A DNA stretch of 26,669 bases from a virus (IMGVR_UViG_3300048080_000144:1-26669); one strand, 5' to 3'. Numbered from the stretch's first letter, positions 1-8,895 are shown. Notes: generated by a model not told the origin, from the letters alone. Numbers and translations are program-made.

Positions 1-42
1 CCGGAGAACGAGACCTCGATCAGCCCGGAGAAGATCGCAGCC

Positions 43-1689
43 ATGACCGTGATCGAATCGGACAAGCCCGTCTTTCTCCGGTTCAGGGAATCCAGCCTCA
101 AAGCCGCCGACCCGAAGAACCTCAGGGGATTCGACGTCGCCGTGTCGAAGGAACTGAAGGTGCCGGAGTTGCTGGCGGCAGTCCGCGAAGCAGCGAAGCC
201 GCACATCAAATCGTCGCTCGTGGAAAAGATCGGGCGCTCGCTCGGCATGATGAAAGAGGACGCCTTCGCGCAGGACATCGACAACACCCTCGGCGTGTTC
301 GCGGGCGACCCGGAACGAGAATTCCTTCAGCTCATGGGGGGGCCGTTCGGGAAGCAACTCACGCTTTCCTACTACCTCCAAATGCACGCCGAATCCTTTT
401 GGGAGCTGAACCACAACCCACTCGCCAAGGCGATCGTCGAGATCCTGAACGAGTTCGTGATCGGTCGCGGAGTGAAGGCACAGTTCGAGGACAAGGACTT
501 TCAGAAGGTCTTCGACGAATACGCGGAGCGAGACGACTTCGACGAAATGGTCGGGCAACTCGACCACGATCTCACCTGGCAAGGCGAGATCATGCTGAGG
601 CCCTTCGCGATCGGAGGCGGAAGAATCACGACGCGGCTCGTGGACCCGTCCACAATTTGGGACATCATCTCGGACCCCGAGGACGTGAAGCGAGTGTTCG
701 GCTACTGGCAGCTCTACCAAAGCGCGATCAACCTCAAGACCATGAAAATGCCGGACGGGAAAGACGTACCGTTTACCGCGTACATCGTGCGCGTGATTCC
801 CGCCGACGAGATCCTGCACCTGAAAAACAACATGTCGTCGGGCGAGAAGCGGGGCCGCAGCGACTACTACTCGGCGCTCTCCTGGTTCCGCCGCATCCGC
901 CGCTTCATGTCTGCGAAGTCGATCAGCGCGGAATACGAGAACGCCTTCGCGTGGGACATGAAGATCACGGGCAGCGACGCAGACGTTCAGAATGCGGTCA
1001 ACGACCCGGAGCTGATGAAGTCGCCTCGGCCTGGTTCGACGTGGGTCCACAACAACATGGTCGAGGTCACGCCGATGTCCGCCAAGGCGGGCGGGCGCGC
1101 GGCTTCGGCAGCCGAGATCATGCTGGATCTCGTTCGGATGGTGGCCGCGACGACGGGCGTCCCGATCGAGTTCTTGGGATGGGGCGACGCATCGACCAAG
1201 GCGCAGGCAATCACGGCGACGACTCCGTGGGTAAAGCGCATCCTGAAGAGGCAGCGCAGGATCGAAATGAAGATCCTCTGGCCGCTCGTTCGGCGGATGC
1301 ACGCGGTAGCGATGGCGGCAGGGCTCGTGAAGAAGGATTCGACGCCCGAGGGCGAGTTCACGTTCCCCGAGGTCGTGACCGAGGATCTGGATGCGCGGCT
1401 GCGACGGCTCGCGTTCCTTCGAGACGCCGAGGTCATCACGCACAGGCGCTTCGCGGTGATGGCAGCGGCGGAGGGAAATATCACGAAGTACGACGAGCCC
1501 GCAGAACGGATCGAGATCGACAAGGAGAAGGCCGCACGCGTTGCCGCAGGCGAAATCGCGCTCGATGGCAAAGCCGCACAGCACGCGGCCGACCTTGCGA
1601 CATCCGGCGCGATGAGTTCGCAGGACAAAGCGGCATCAAAGGACGCGGCGACGAAAATGGACGCCCACGACGAGGTTCCCGTAGCGTGA
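43..1689 (+). CDS. Phage portal protein (start may lie upstream of the window)
   Basis: 548 aa ORF, first gene of the head module. Portal-like segments LAKAIVEILNEFVIGRG, WQGEIML, IPADEILHLK..GEKRGRSD and VAATTGVPIEFLG. The frame is open back to base 1, so the N-terminus is uncertain. Confidence 0.88.
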   Translation: MTVIESDKPVFLRFRESSLKAADPKNLRGFDVAVSKELKVPELLAAVREAAKPHIKSSLVEKIGRSLGMMKEDAFAQDIDNTLGVFAGDPEREFLQLMGGPFGKQLTLSYYLQMHAESFWELNHNPLAKAIVEILNEFVIGRGVKAQFEDKDFQKVFDEYAERDDFDEMVGQLDHDLTWQGEIMLRPFAIGGGRITTRLVDPSTIWDIISDPEDVKRVFGYWQLYQSAINLKTMKMPDGKDVPFTAYIVRVIPADEILHLKNNMSSGEKRGRSDYYSALSWFRRIRRFMSAKSISAEYENAFAWDMKITGSDADVQNAVNDPELMKSPRPGSTWVHNNMVEVTPMSAKAGGRAASAAEIMLDLVRMVAATTGVPIEFLGWGDASTKAQAITATTPWVKRILKRQRRIEMKILWPLVRRMHAVAMAAGLVKKDSTPEGEFTFPEVVTEDLDARLRRLAFLRDAEVITHRRFAVMAAAEGNITKYDEPAERIEIDKEKAARVAAGEIALDGKAAQHAADLATSGAMSSQDKAASKDAATKMDAHDEVPVA

Positions 1690-1976
1690 CAGCGGCCGGA
1701 CGACCCGGCCTTCCGCCCTCCGATCTCGACCTGGCCGTTGATCTCTTGAAGATCGTGGAGGCGTGGAACAAGGCCGGGATTCCGTTGTCCTCGTCTCGGG
1801 ACGCGCTGCTTCTCGCTTCGTGCTCCATCGCGCAGATGCAGCGCATGAGGAGGCGCGAGCTTTTGAAGGCCGCGCAGAGCGCGTTCGGTCGGGTGAAGGA
1901 CGCGGAGAAGAGGGGACAAGAGGACCAAGCCGAGGAGAAACGAATCATCGTGCCGGGGAGCCTCGCGTACTCGTGA
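1686..1976 (+). CDS. Small hypothetical protein (96 aa)
   Basis: GTG overlaps the portal stop (GTGA) and its own stop overlaps the next GTG. It fills the gap exactly. Confidence 0.7.
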   Translation: MTAAGRPGLPPSDLDLAVDLLKIVEAWNKAGIPLSSSRDALLLASCSIAQMQRMRRRELLKAAQSAFGRVKDAEKRGQEDQAEEKRIIVPGSLAYS

Positions 1977-3022
1977 CCGCACTACTCGAAGCCACGACGA
2001 AACGGACCCAGCAGCAAGTTCTCGACGCGATCGACACGCAGGCCCGGCGAGCCCTTGCGGGACAGACGAACTCAGACGTGCGGGCTTTAATCCGCATGTA
2101 CGACGAGGCGCTGGAATCCATCGAGGCTCAGATTGAATCCGTCTGGCGGCAAATGCTGGACGCGGCGGATCAGCGAGGCGCGGCCGGGGCGCAGCGGACG
2201 CTTTTCCTCCAATGGAAACTCGAACGGGAGGCCGCCCTCATGCGCCAGATTCGCGCGAGGCTTCAGACGCTTCGCAGCGCGTGGACCGACGCGATCCGAG
2301 ACGGGATGCTCACGTCCTATGAGCAGCGGGCGATGTGGGAAGCCTACGGGCTCGACATGGCGACGCCGCCGACCATCTCCGTCAACATGCGATCACTCAC
2401 GGCGTCGGTGGGCGAGGCGGCGGTCAACACTCCCTGGAAGGCCGCGATGTTCTCGGATCGAGTGTGGGCGATCACCGACGACCTCGCGCTGGAAATGCAG
2501 GCACAGCTAGGGCAGGCCGCGACGCTCGGGGATTCGGTATCGGATGCCGTGAAGCGAATCCGAAAAGTCGTGGTAGCAGACGGCAACGTGCCTCCCGACT
2601 ACGCGATCGAGCGACTGGTCAGGACGGAGTTTCAGAAGGCCGCAGACCGGGCGACGCAGCTCATGCACGCGGAGAATTCCGATATCGTGACGGGCGAAGA
2701 ATCCGTGGCGACCGTGGACGCGCGAACCGATGACGGCTGCGACGACCTCTCGGGCAAGATCCTCGGCACCGAGGAGGCGCGAGAGATCATCGACGAGAAC
2801 GGATTCAGCGACCGGCCGCCGTACCATCCGAATTGCCGGTGCCGACTCGTGCCGCGCCTGAAGTCGTGGAAGGATCTGCTGGGCGTGGACGCGGAAGGCT
2901 TGGAAGAATTCGACGACCAAGAACGGATGATCCGAGACCCTCAGACGGGAAAGTCGAAGCTGGTCCCGATCGAGTCGTTCGATTCGTGGCGCACAAAGCA
3001 CGGGCTCGGTGGCCGGGGATGA
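1973..3022 (+). CDS. Minor head / head morphogenesis protein (SPP1 gp7 / Mu gpF family)
   Basis: GTGA-coupled start. Motifs FSDRVW, ERLVRTE, DARTDDGCDDLSGK and PPYHPNCRCRL, plus C-terminal RDPQTGK..VP..F.SW. Confidence 0.92.
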   Translation: MTALLEATTKRTQQQVLDAIDTQARRALAGQTNSDVRALIRMYDEALESIEAQIESVWRQMLDAADQRGAAGAQRTLFLQWKLEREAALMRQIRARLQTLRSAWTDAIRDGMLTSYEQRAMWEAYGLDMATPPTISVNMRSLTASVGEAAVNTPWKAAMFSDRVWAITDDLALEMQAQLGQAATLGDSVSDAVKRIRKVVVADGNVPPDYAIERLVRTEFQKAADRATQLMHAENSDIVTGEESVATVDARTDDGCDDLSGKILGTEEAREIIDENGFSDRPPYHPNCRCRLVPRLKSWKDLLGVDAEGLEEFDDQERMIRDPQTGKSKLVPIESFDSWRTKHGLGGRG

Positions 3023-3225
3023 TGGAGCCAGCGATCACCGTGCCGATTGCGAAGTGCCTCCGCTGCGGCCGAGTTCCATTCGGGCGAGCGAAGATCGAGA
3101 CCGGGCCGGATGGCAAGCGGTACGCCTGCTGCTCTCCGTCTTGCTACGACACGAACAAGCGGATCGACGAAGCCCGTGAGAGGATGCGCCTACAAGGGAG
3201 GACCGATGGCAGCGAACGTCGCTGA
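3019..3225 (+). CDS. Small Cys-rich metal-binding protein, TRASH/YHS-like (68 aa)
   Basis: ATGA overlap with the previous stop. Pattern CLRCG-x19-CCSPSC. Confidence 0.65.
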   Translation: MMEPAITVPIAKCLRCGRVPFGRAKIETGPDGKRYACCSPSCYDTNKRIDEARERMRLQGRTDGSERR

Positions 3226-3697
3226 GAGTTTCGAGGGAGACCGAATCCTGCTGCTGATGCGCCGAAACGAGTCGCTCAATCAGGCGATGGCGGGCATGAA
3301 CCAGGCGCTCGCGCAACTCTGCGACGAGTATTCATGGCTCCCCGAGGGACTCCGATTCCAAACGCCGCACATGGACGGGCGCGGACTGATCGAGTTCCGG
3401 TTCGCAGCACGGAAACGCGGATACCCGGGATTCATCGACGCGCGCCTGATGGGCGACAACTGGCTTGCGGGCTCGAATCAAACGCTCGCGGAATTCCTCG
3501 GCCGCGCTCGATCGTGGCGAGTGGCGATCGAGGACGTCTACGGAAAATCGGAGCGGTTCGGTTTCGAACACGGGATCAAGTTCGATGACCTCGTGTTCGG
3601 CACGCCACGGATACGCGACGAGGGAATCGGGTGGATGCGCGTCCATCGCAGCGGAGCAGAGGAAGCGGTCGCGCAGAGGCAGGGAACGGGACGATGA
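3206..3697 (+). CDS. Hypothetical protein (163 aa)
   Basis: SD GGGAGGA upstream of ATG 3206. Stop overlaps the next ATG. Confidence 0.75.
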   Translation: MAANVAESFEGDRILLLMRRNESLNQAMAGMNQALAQLCDEYSWLPEGLRFQTPHMDGRGLIEFRFAARKRGYPGFIDARLMGDNWLAGSNQTLAEFLGRARSWRVAIEDVYGKSERFGFEHGIKFDDLVFGTPRIRDEGIGWMRVHRSGAEEAVAQRQGTGR

Positions 3698-3948
3698 GAC
3701 CAACGGTGCAGTTCGAAACGGAGAAAGTCGGCGCGACGCGGATCATGGTTCCAGTCAAGCAGTCCGTTCCGGTCCCGATCGGGAGCCTTGGGGTACGGGA
3801 CGCGAGGGTACGGAAAGCCTCGGAAAGCATGACACAGGCTGAAATAGCCGGACACTTCGGGATTTCTCAGCAGCAGGTTTCCCGAATCTTGCGCGGCAGC
3901 CGGACCTACGAGATCACGAAAGGTCGAACGGGTAAAAGGCGGGTTTGA
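3694..3948 (+). CDS. Helix-turn-helix DNA-binding protein (84 aa)
   Basis: ATGA-coupled. HTH motif MTQAEIAGHFGISQQQVSRILRG. Confidence 0.8.
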   Translation: MRPTVQFETEKVGATRIMVPVKQSVPVPIGSLGVRDARVRKASESMTQAEIAGHFGISQQQVSRILRGSRTYEITKGRTGKRRV

Positions 3949-3984
3949 CCGAATAGGGGGTCGGGGGGCGACTCTCCGCCCAAG

Positions 3985-5547
3985 ATGCCCGCCAAACTCG
4001 ATCGGTGCGTAGCGCAGGTCAAAGCCAAGGGCGGCGACGTGGACAACGCGTATGCCGTCTGCAAGGCTTCGCTCGGAGAATCCGGGAAGTCGGAAGCGGA
4101 TTTGACCGCCGCCGAAGTCCAGACGGTGAACGAAGCCTTCAAGGCGGCCGGGATGTCGGTTCGCATCGAAGCCACAAGCAGCGGATCGGTCGGCGCGCTT
4201 CTCCGAGCATCGGCCCGCAAGGGACGCGGACGATTCGCGGAAGTCGCAGGATCGATCGGTTCGGTCGTCGGTCAAGACGTGGACGTTGTCGTGATCGAAG
4301 GCGGGCCGGGAAATCTCGGCGATCGGCATTGGTACACGGACCAGGCAGTCGAATCCGGCGTGCTGGTGTTCAACGGAGCGAAAGCATTCCTGAATCACGC
4401 GAGCGGGCAGCAGATGTTCGATCAGCCCGAGCGCACCGTCGAGGAAGAGATCGGCTACTACCACTCGCTGCGAACGGAAGTCGGGGCGAAGGGTCGAAAG
4501 ATCCTCGCCGGAAAACTCCGTCTGGTGGCGGCCGAGTCCGATCGGATGAAGCACCTGCGCGCGCTCCTCGGGGAAGCGAAGGGCTACGCCGAACGGTTTC
4601 CTGACAAAGTCCTTTTCGGAATCTCGATCAACGCGGACGGCAAAGACCAGCCGGGCGAGATCGACGGCGAGCCGTGGAACGTGGTCTCCGAATTCACAGA
4701 AGCGTTTTCCGCAGATGTCGTCACGTTCCCGGCCGCCGGAGGCGAGTTCCGGGGACAGCTCGAAGCGCTCCGGGAGGGGATGCGACGAGCCAACAAAAGG
4801 GAGGCAGTAGCCATGAAAAAGATCCTCAAGGCAGCGCAGGACGCGGCCGAAGCGATGAACACGGCGAAGGACGACGAGTCTCGCGCCGAGGCGTCGACCA
4901 CGCTCAAGGCCGCCCTCATGGCGATGGAGTTCGCGATGCCGGACGAAGATCCGGAGAAGGTCGGGAAGCCGACGCCCGGAGCGGACGAAGGCGCGCCGGT
5001 CGAGACGCAGCCCCGTGCCGAGGCAGCGAACGAAGCGGAGGACGAGGAGGCCGCGAAACTGAAGGCTTCGATCTCGGCGAAGCAGGGTGAACTCCGGGAG
5101 GCCGCGCGAACGGTGGAGAAGGACAAGCCCGCGCTCGCGAAGTCGCTCGAAGCGCAGGCCGTCGCGCTCGACGGGCAACTGATCGACTTCTCGAAGATCC
5201 GCGCCGCGAAGCGGAAGGCGGAAGGCGAGAAGCGGGACGCCGAGACGAAGCTCGCGCTTATGAAGTCGCGAGACCTGGCGATCCGGCTGCTTTCGGAATC
5301 GAAACTCCCGCCGAACGTGTTGTCGGCGGAACTGCTCGTCGGTCACACCGAGGCCGATATGCGGGCCACGATCGCGGACCGCAAGGCGTTGCTCGAAACG
5401 GTTCGGGCCGAAGTGGCCCCGCTCCGCAGCATCGTCGAGGGATCGGGCGAGCGAGTGTCGCTGGAAGGCGACCGGAGCCCGGGTTCCTCGATCGACGCCG
5501 CGAAGGCTGCGGGCCTCCCGATGGCAAGCCTTCCCGAGAAAAAGTAA
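3985..5547 (+). CDS. Prohead maturation protease (clan SH-like) fused to a scaffold domain
   Basis: Motifs FLNH (candidate His), GISINA (candidate Ser) and SADVVTFPAAGG, followed by a charged coiled-coil C-half. Lies upstream of the decoration and capsid genes. Confidence 0.8.
   Translation: MPAKLDRCVAQVKAKGGDVDNAYAVCKASLGESGKSEADLTAAEVQTVNEAFKAAGMSVRIEATSSGSVGALLRASARKGRGRFAEVAGSIGSVVGQDVDVVVIEGGPGNLGDRHWYTDQAVESGVLVFNGAKAFLNHASGQQMFDQPERTVEEEIGYYHSLRTEVGAKGRKILAGKLRLVAAESDRMKHLRALLGEAKGYAERFPDKVLFGISINADGKDQPGEIDGEPWNVVSEFTEAFSADVVTFPAAGGEFRGQLEALREGMRRANKREAVAMKKILKAAQDAAEAMNTAKDDESRAEASTTLKAALMAMEFAMPDEDPEKVGKPTPGADEGAPVETQPRAEAANEAEDEEAAKLKASISAKQGELREAARTVEKDKPALAKSLEAQAVALDGQLIDFSKIRAAKRKAEGEKRDAETKLALMKSRDLAIRLLSESKLPPNVLSAELLVGHTEADMRATIADRKALLETVRAEVAPLRSIVEGSGERVSLEGDRSPGSSIDAAKAAGLPMASLPEKK
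4813..5547 (+). CDS. Nested in-frame capsid scaffolding protein (244 aa)
   Basis: Strong internal SD AGGGAGG (4798-4804) before in-frame ATG 4813 (MKKILKAAQ...), located right after the protease domain. Confidence 0.65.
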   Translation: MKKILKAAQDAAEAMNTAKDDESRAEASTTLKAALMAMEFAMPDEDPEKVGKPTPGADEGAPVETQPRAEAANEAEDEEAAKLKASISAKQGELREAARTVEKDKPALAKSLEAQAVALDGQLIDFSKIRAAKRKAEGEKRDAETKLALMKSRDLAIRLLSESKLPPNVLSAELLVGHTEADMRATIADRKALLETVRAEVAPLRSIVEGSGERVSLEGDRSPGSSIDAAKAAGLPMASLPEKK

Positions 5548-5598
5548 GCAACCCAACCCGAATCCGAACCAGAAACCGAACCGAGGAGGACTGACAAC
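5548..5598 (+). promoter_or_regulatory. A/C-rich unstructured leader plus strong RBS CCGAGGAGGA
   Basis: gcaacccaacccgaatccgaaccagaaaccgaaccgaggagga. A similar element lies at 6106-6154. Confidence 0.6.
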
Positions 5599-6105
5599 AT
5601 GGCCGCATTCTCTTATGACGACCTGCTGAAGGCGGGAACGCCCGGCACCTGGCTGGTGGATTCGACCAAGATCTACAAGCAGGGCCAGTTCGTGAACTTC
5701 AATTCCGGAACCAAGTTCGTGGAACCGGCGGTCGACGTGGCCGACGGTCCGACGGTCGTCGGCGTCGCGGGCTTCACGGCCCCGAAGGACGAAGATCCGT
5801 TCGGGACGAGCGAGCCTTTCCCGACCGAGGGCAAGGTCGATCAGCGCGGGATCTTCCAGTTCAACGGCAAGTCCGGCGAGGTCTACACGGCCCTGCTCCC
5901 GGTCGAGATCGACCCGACTCCGGCGGATGGTCAGTCGGTACGGCTGAACTCGTCCGGCAGCGGAGACGTCGCGAACATCGTCGGCTACGTGGCCCCGAAC
6001 GCGGGCGGCGCGGCGGCCGGGATCACGATCACGGGCGCGGTGCGGAAAGTCCCGATCTGGATCACGCCGCAAGGGATCGACAAGAGCGGCGGCCTGGTCG
6101 GCTAA
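5599..6105 (+). CDS. Head decoration / capsid cement protein (168 aa)
   Basis: Position between scaffold and major capsid, size, beta-rich Gly/Val/Pro composition, strong RBS. Confidence 0.7.
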   Translation: MAAFSYDDLLKAGTPGTWLVDSTKIYKQGQFVNFNSGTKFVEPAVDVADGPTVVGVAGFTAPKDEDPFGTSEPFPTEGKVDQRGIFQFNGKSGEVYTALLPVEIDPTPADGQSVRLNSSGSGDVANIVGYVAPNAGGAAAGITITGAVRKVPIWITPQGIDKSGGLVG

Positions 6106-6154
6106 CCAGAACACCAAACAGAAACCCGAAACCCAACCGAGGAGGAATGCCCAA
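6106..6154 (+). promoter_or_regulatory. A/C-rich leader plus RBS CCGAGGAGGA of the major capsid gene
   Basis: ccagaacaccaaacagaaacccgaaacccaaccgaggagga, with no T before the SD. Confidence 0.6.
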
Positions 6155-7384
6155 ATGAAGATGCTCGAAGCGGCCCTGAAAGAAGGGCTCGAACTGGTGC
6201 GGTCGGAAACCGCGCCTTGGATCATGGAGCTTCTCGAAGGGCAAAAGGACGCCTCGGGCAAGCTCGTGAAGGCAGGGCTCGACCTGGATCACCCGCGTTT
6301 CTCGATCAAGGAGTGCCGAGACTTCCTGAAGAAGGAAGCCGTCCGGCGCGGCGCGGGAATGCGCGAGGCGACGTCCTCGGGAGCGGTCGGTCAGCTCCTG
6401 CGGGCAGACACCATGCGGATCATGGACGGGCAGTACGCGGAGGAGAAGGCGAACCTCTCGTACAACACGATCCCCACGCAGGCGACGAGCAACAAGGCGG
6501 GGGAGTTCTACAACCCGCTGATGACGTCGGTCACGCAGACGGAGACGGCAGAGGGCGCGCCGTTCCAGCAGTCCGGGATCAAGGGGATCAACGTCGTCCT
6601 GATGAACAAGAAGTTCATGGGCGGCGAGTCCTTCACGCGCGAGGCGATCGACGACGACCAGACGGGGCAGCTCCGGGACCGGCAACGGTACCTGGCGGAC
6701 GCCGCGATTCGGACGCCGGAGATCTACCTGGCGCTGCGTTACACCGGCGCGGGCGGAACGTTCGGCCCGCTCGTCGTGGCGGCAGATCCGTGGACGACCT
6801 ACGCGACGTCGCGCAACGAGTTCGACAACACGCTCGCGGGGATCTACACGGTCCGCTCGGGCGCGACGGGTCTCGGCAATCGCGTGACGACCTTCGGGCA
6901 GCTCTCGACGTCGCTCCTGAAGGAAGGGGCCTACCTGATCCGCCAGCAACGGGATCGGCAGGGAACGCGCATGACGCTGAAGGCCGACACGCTGTTCATT
7001 TCGCCCACGGACGAGGTTGCAGCTGCGGTCCTGATGGGATCGCAGTTCTGGCCGATGGTCCAGGGCTTCGACAGCCAGACGTTCAACACGGCGAGTTCGG
7101 CCATCAGCCCGGGGGCTTCGGCGATGAACCCGTGGCGCGGGGCGTACAAGGTCGTCGTCAACCAGTACCTGACCGACTGGTCCTGGTACCTGGCGGTCGG
7201 CGGCAAGGGCTACGTCTACCAGGTCCGCGATGCGGTCGAGATCACGATGGAGCAGCCGAACTCGGGCAAGAGCTACGACGAGGACGGAACGAGGCTCCGC
7301 ACGCGTTGCCGCTGGGCGCAAGGCTGGGTCGATCCCCGCTTTGCCTGCCAGGGTAACGACGGGACGCTGGTCGGAACCTTCTAA
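6155..7384 (+). CDS. Major capsid protein (HK97 fold, Mu gpT-like)
   Basis: Motifs AEGAPF, NKKFMGGESFTREAIDDDQTGQL, NPWRG..VVVNQYLTD.SWYL and GWVDPRF. Strong RBS, followed by a terminator. Confidence 0.92.
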   Translation: MKMLEAALKEGLELVRSETAPWIMELLEGQKDASGKLVKAGLDLDHPRFSIKECRDFLKKEAVRRGAGMREATSSGAVGQLLRADTMRIMDGQYAEEKANLSYNTIPTQATSNKAGEFYNPLMTSVTQTETAEGAPFQQSGIKGINVVLMNKKFMGGESFTREAIDDDQTGQLRDRQRYLADAAIRTPEIYLALRYTGAGGTFGPLVVAADPWTTYATSRNEFDNTLAGIYTVRSGATGLGNRVTTFGQLSTSLLKEGAYLIRQQRDRQGTRMTLKADTLFISPTDEVAAAVLMGSQFWPMVQGFDSQTFNTASSAISPGASAMNPWRGAYKVVVNQYLTDWSWYLAVGGKGYVYQVRDAVEITMEQPNSGKSYDEDGTRLRTRCRWAQGWVDPRFACQGNDGTLVGTF

Positions 7385-7416
7385 CCGAAGGCCCACCGAA
7401 CAGGAGAGAGACCGGG

Positions 7417-7446
7417 AGGGGGGCTGCCGCAAGGTGGCCCCCTTTT
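7417..7446 (+). terminator. Rho-independent terminator after the major capsid gene
   Basis: GGGGGCTGCC-GCAA-GGTGGCCCCC stem with a GNRA tetraloop, followed by TTTT. Confidence 0.8.
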
Positions 7447-7465
7447 CGATTCCAAGGAGAACGAC

Positions 7466-7843
7466 GTGGGATTCGTGCTCGTACAGCCGCCCGGAGAGAT
7501 CGAGGAAGGCCGCGCGATCGACCCGGAGTTGCGGTGGTCGATCCAGGAGGCCGGGGACCGGGCGCGATTCCGTAGGCGATCGGTCGATCCGTTCCTGGCG
7601 ATCCTCGGCTGCACGTACTACCAGGAGCAGGTCGTGATGACCTACCGGGGCGAGGCCGCGAAGTTCTGGCGGGCGCTGCCGGAGATCATGGTCGTGCTCG
7701 ACCCACTGGAAAAGGGAGTCACGAAGGAGTCGGCCGAGTGGCGGGGGAAGATTGCCCGGGCAAACTCCTGGCGCTGGGTCGCGTTCCCGAAGGGCGCGGT
7801 GTTGAAGGAATCCGAGCTGCTTGAAGCAGCGGGGAGGTCGTAA
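7466..7843 (+). CDS. Hypothetical protein (125 aa), head module
   Basis: SD AAGGAG before GTG. TAATG overlap with the next gene. Confidence 0.75.
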   Translation: MGFVLVQPPGEIEEGRAIDPELRWSIQEAGDRARFRRRSVDPFLAILGCTYYQEQVVMTYRGEAAKFWRALPEIMVVLDPLEKGVTKESAEWRGKIARANSWRWVAFPKGAVLKESELLEAAGRS

Positions 7844-8220
7844 TGGAAACGCTCTCGTTCAGGAAGCCGCCGCAGCTGGCGCAGACGGTATCGAAACTCG
7901 CCGAGGCGACGGTCGGATCGGGAACCAGCACGAATCCGTTCGTCAATACGGGCGTGTTCGTGGAGGATTGCTCGGATGTCCTGTTGAATCTGACTCACGC
8001 GAACGCGAACTCGTTCACGATCGCGAAGGTCCAAGCGAACGGATTCACCCCACTCGACACGGACACGCGATGGGTGGACGTCGCGACGTTCAGTCCGCTC
8101 GATCCCGGAACCAAGCAGGTCATCATCCAGAACCACGGGTACAAGTGGTTCCGGTTCCGCGCGCTCGCGCAGGACGAGAACGCGACGTGCGACGTCGGCT
8201 GGTCGGGCACGAACAGGTAA
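7843..8220 (+). CDS. Putative virion beta-sandwich protein (head spike/decoration-like, 125 aa)
   Basis: Coupled start. Beta-rich, with RWVDV..YKWFRFRA jelly-roll-like pattern. Function inferred from position. Confidence 0.55.
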   Translation: METLSFRKPPQLAQTVSKLAEATVGSGTSTNPFVNTGVFVEDCSDVLLNLTHANANSFTIAKVQANGFTPLDTDTRWVDVATFSPLDPGTKQVIIQNHGYKWFRFRALAQDENATCDVGWSGTNR

Positions 8221-8232
8221 GAGGCCCGGACC

Positions 8233-8895
8233 GTGACCGAAGCGCAGGCGATCGTCCAGATCCGGCAAGAGCTGGACGACAACATCGACACGACCAGCAC
8301 GAATCCTCCGCCATCGCACCAGGCGATCGACGAGCCGGTACTTCAGCCCGTGGACGGAGTGAACAACACGTTCAGGGTCCGGCATCGGCCGCTGATCGGC
8401 AGCACGCCATCGTTCACGCTCGTCGTGCGGAACCAGCTTTACGCGATCCTGACGACAACCAGCGTCGATCCGGTTACCGGGATCTTCACACTCACGTCGG
8501 TCCCGGCGGCGGGCGTGACTCTCTTCGGGACGTACCAGTACGCCTTCGCCACGGACGGGCAGTATTCGGCATGGCTCTCGCAGGCGTGCCGTTTCCTTTC
8601 GGTGACGACCGTTCCGAACGTCGTGGACGGACTGCAACCCGCGATGTTCGCGTTCGTGAAGTATCTGTATTTCCTTTTCCTCGCCACGAAGTCGGGGGAT
8701 TTCTTCGATTCGACCGTGGGCGGAAAGACCGTCTCGCTTGCCTCGGTCCCGGCCCGCTACTTCTCTATGGCGACCGAAACGAAGGCCGAGGCGTTCAAGT
8801 TGCGCGACGACTACTACCAGACGCAGGGCCAGCAGTTCCGACCGTCCTACGGGTTCGTGGCCCCTCGCCAGGTCCGCTACACGCCGCCGAGGTAG
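8233..8895 (+). CDS. Head-tail adaptor-like protein with an inserted beta domain (220 aa)
   Basis: N-terminal IVQIRQELDD and FATDGQYSAWL helical adaptor pattern. Position after the capsid genes. Confidence 0.6.
   Translation: MTEAQAIVQIRQELDDNIDTTSTNPPPSHQAIDEPVLQPVDGVNNTFRVRHRPLIGSTPSFTLVVRNQLYAILTTTSVDPVTGIFTLTSVPAAGVTLFGTYQYAFATDGQYSAWLSQACRFLSVTTVPNVVDGLQPAMFAFVKYLYFLFLATKSGDFFDSTVGGKTVSLASVPARYFSMATETKAEAFKLRDDYYQTQGQQFRPSYGFVAPRQVRYTPPR

Noticed and set aside
399-1685. Long alternative-frame + ORFs (399-1976, 6217-7356, 7821-9380, 12064-13446, 17260-18555)
   Set aside because: Arg/Gly/Pro-rich off-frame sequence. Only the 3' parts from coupled starts (1686, 8898, 18250) look real.
3945-3975. 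TTGACC as the -35 of a late promoter
   Set aside because: No -10 element at a suitable spacing.
6147-6158. Mini-ORF ATG CCC AAA TGA overlapping the capsid start
   Set aside because: The ATG abuts the SD with no spacer, so initiation is unlikely.
3538-6261. 907-aa minus-strand ORF and other long antisense ORFs (6062-7432, 10514-11683, 15083-16465, 25361-26620)
   Set aside because: Shadows of high-GC + strand genes, Arg-rich and with no motifs.
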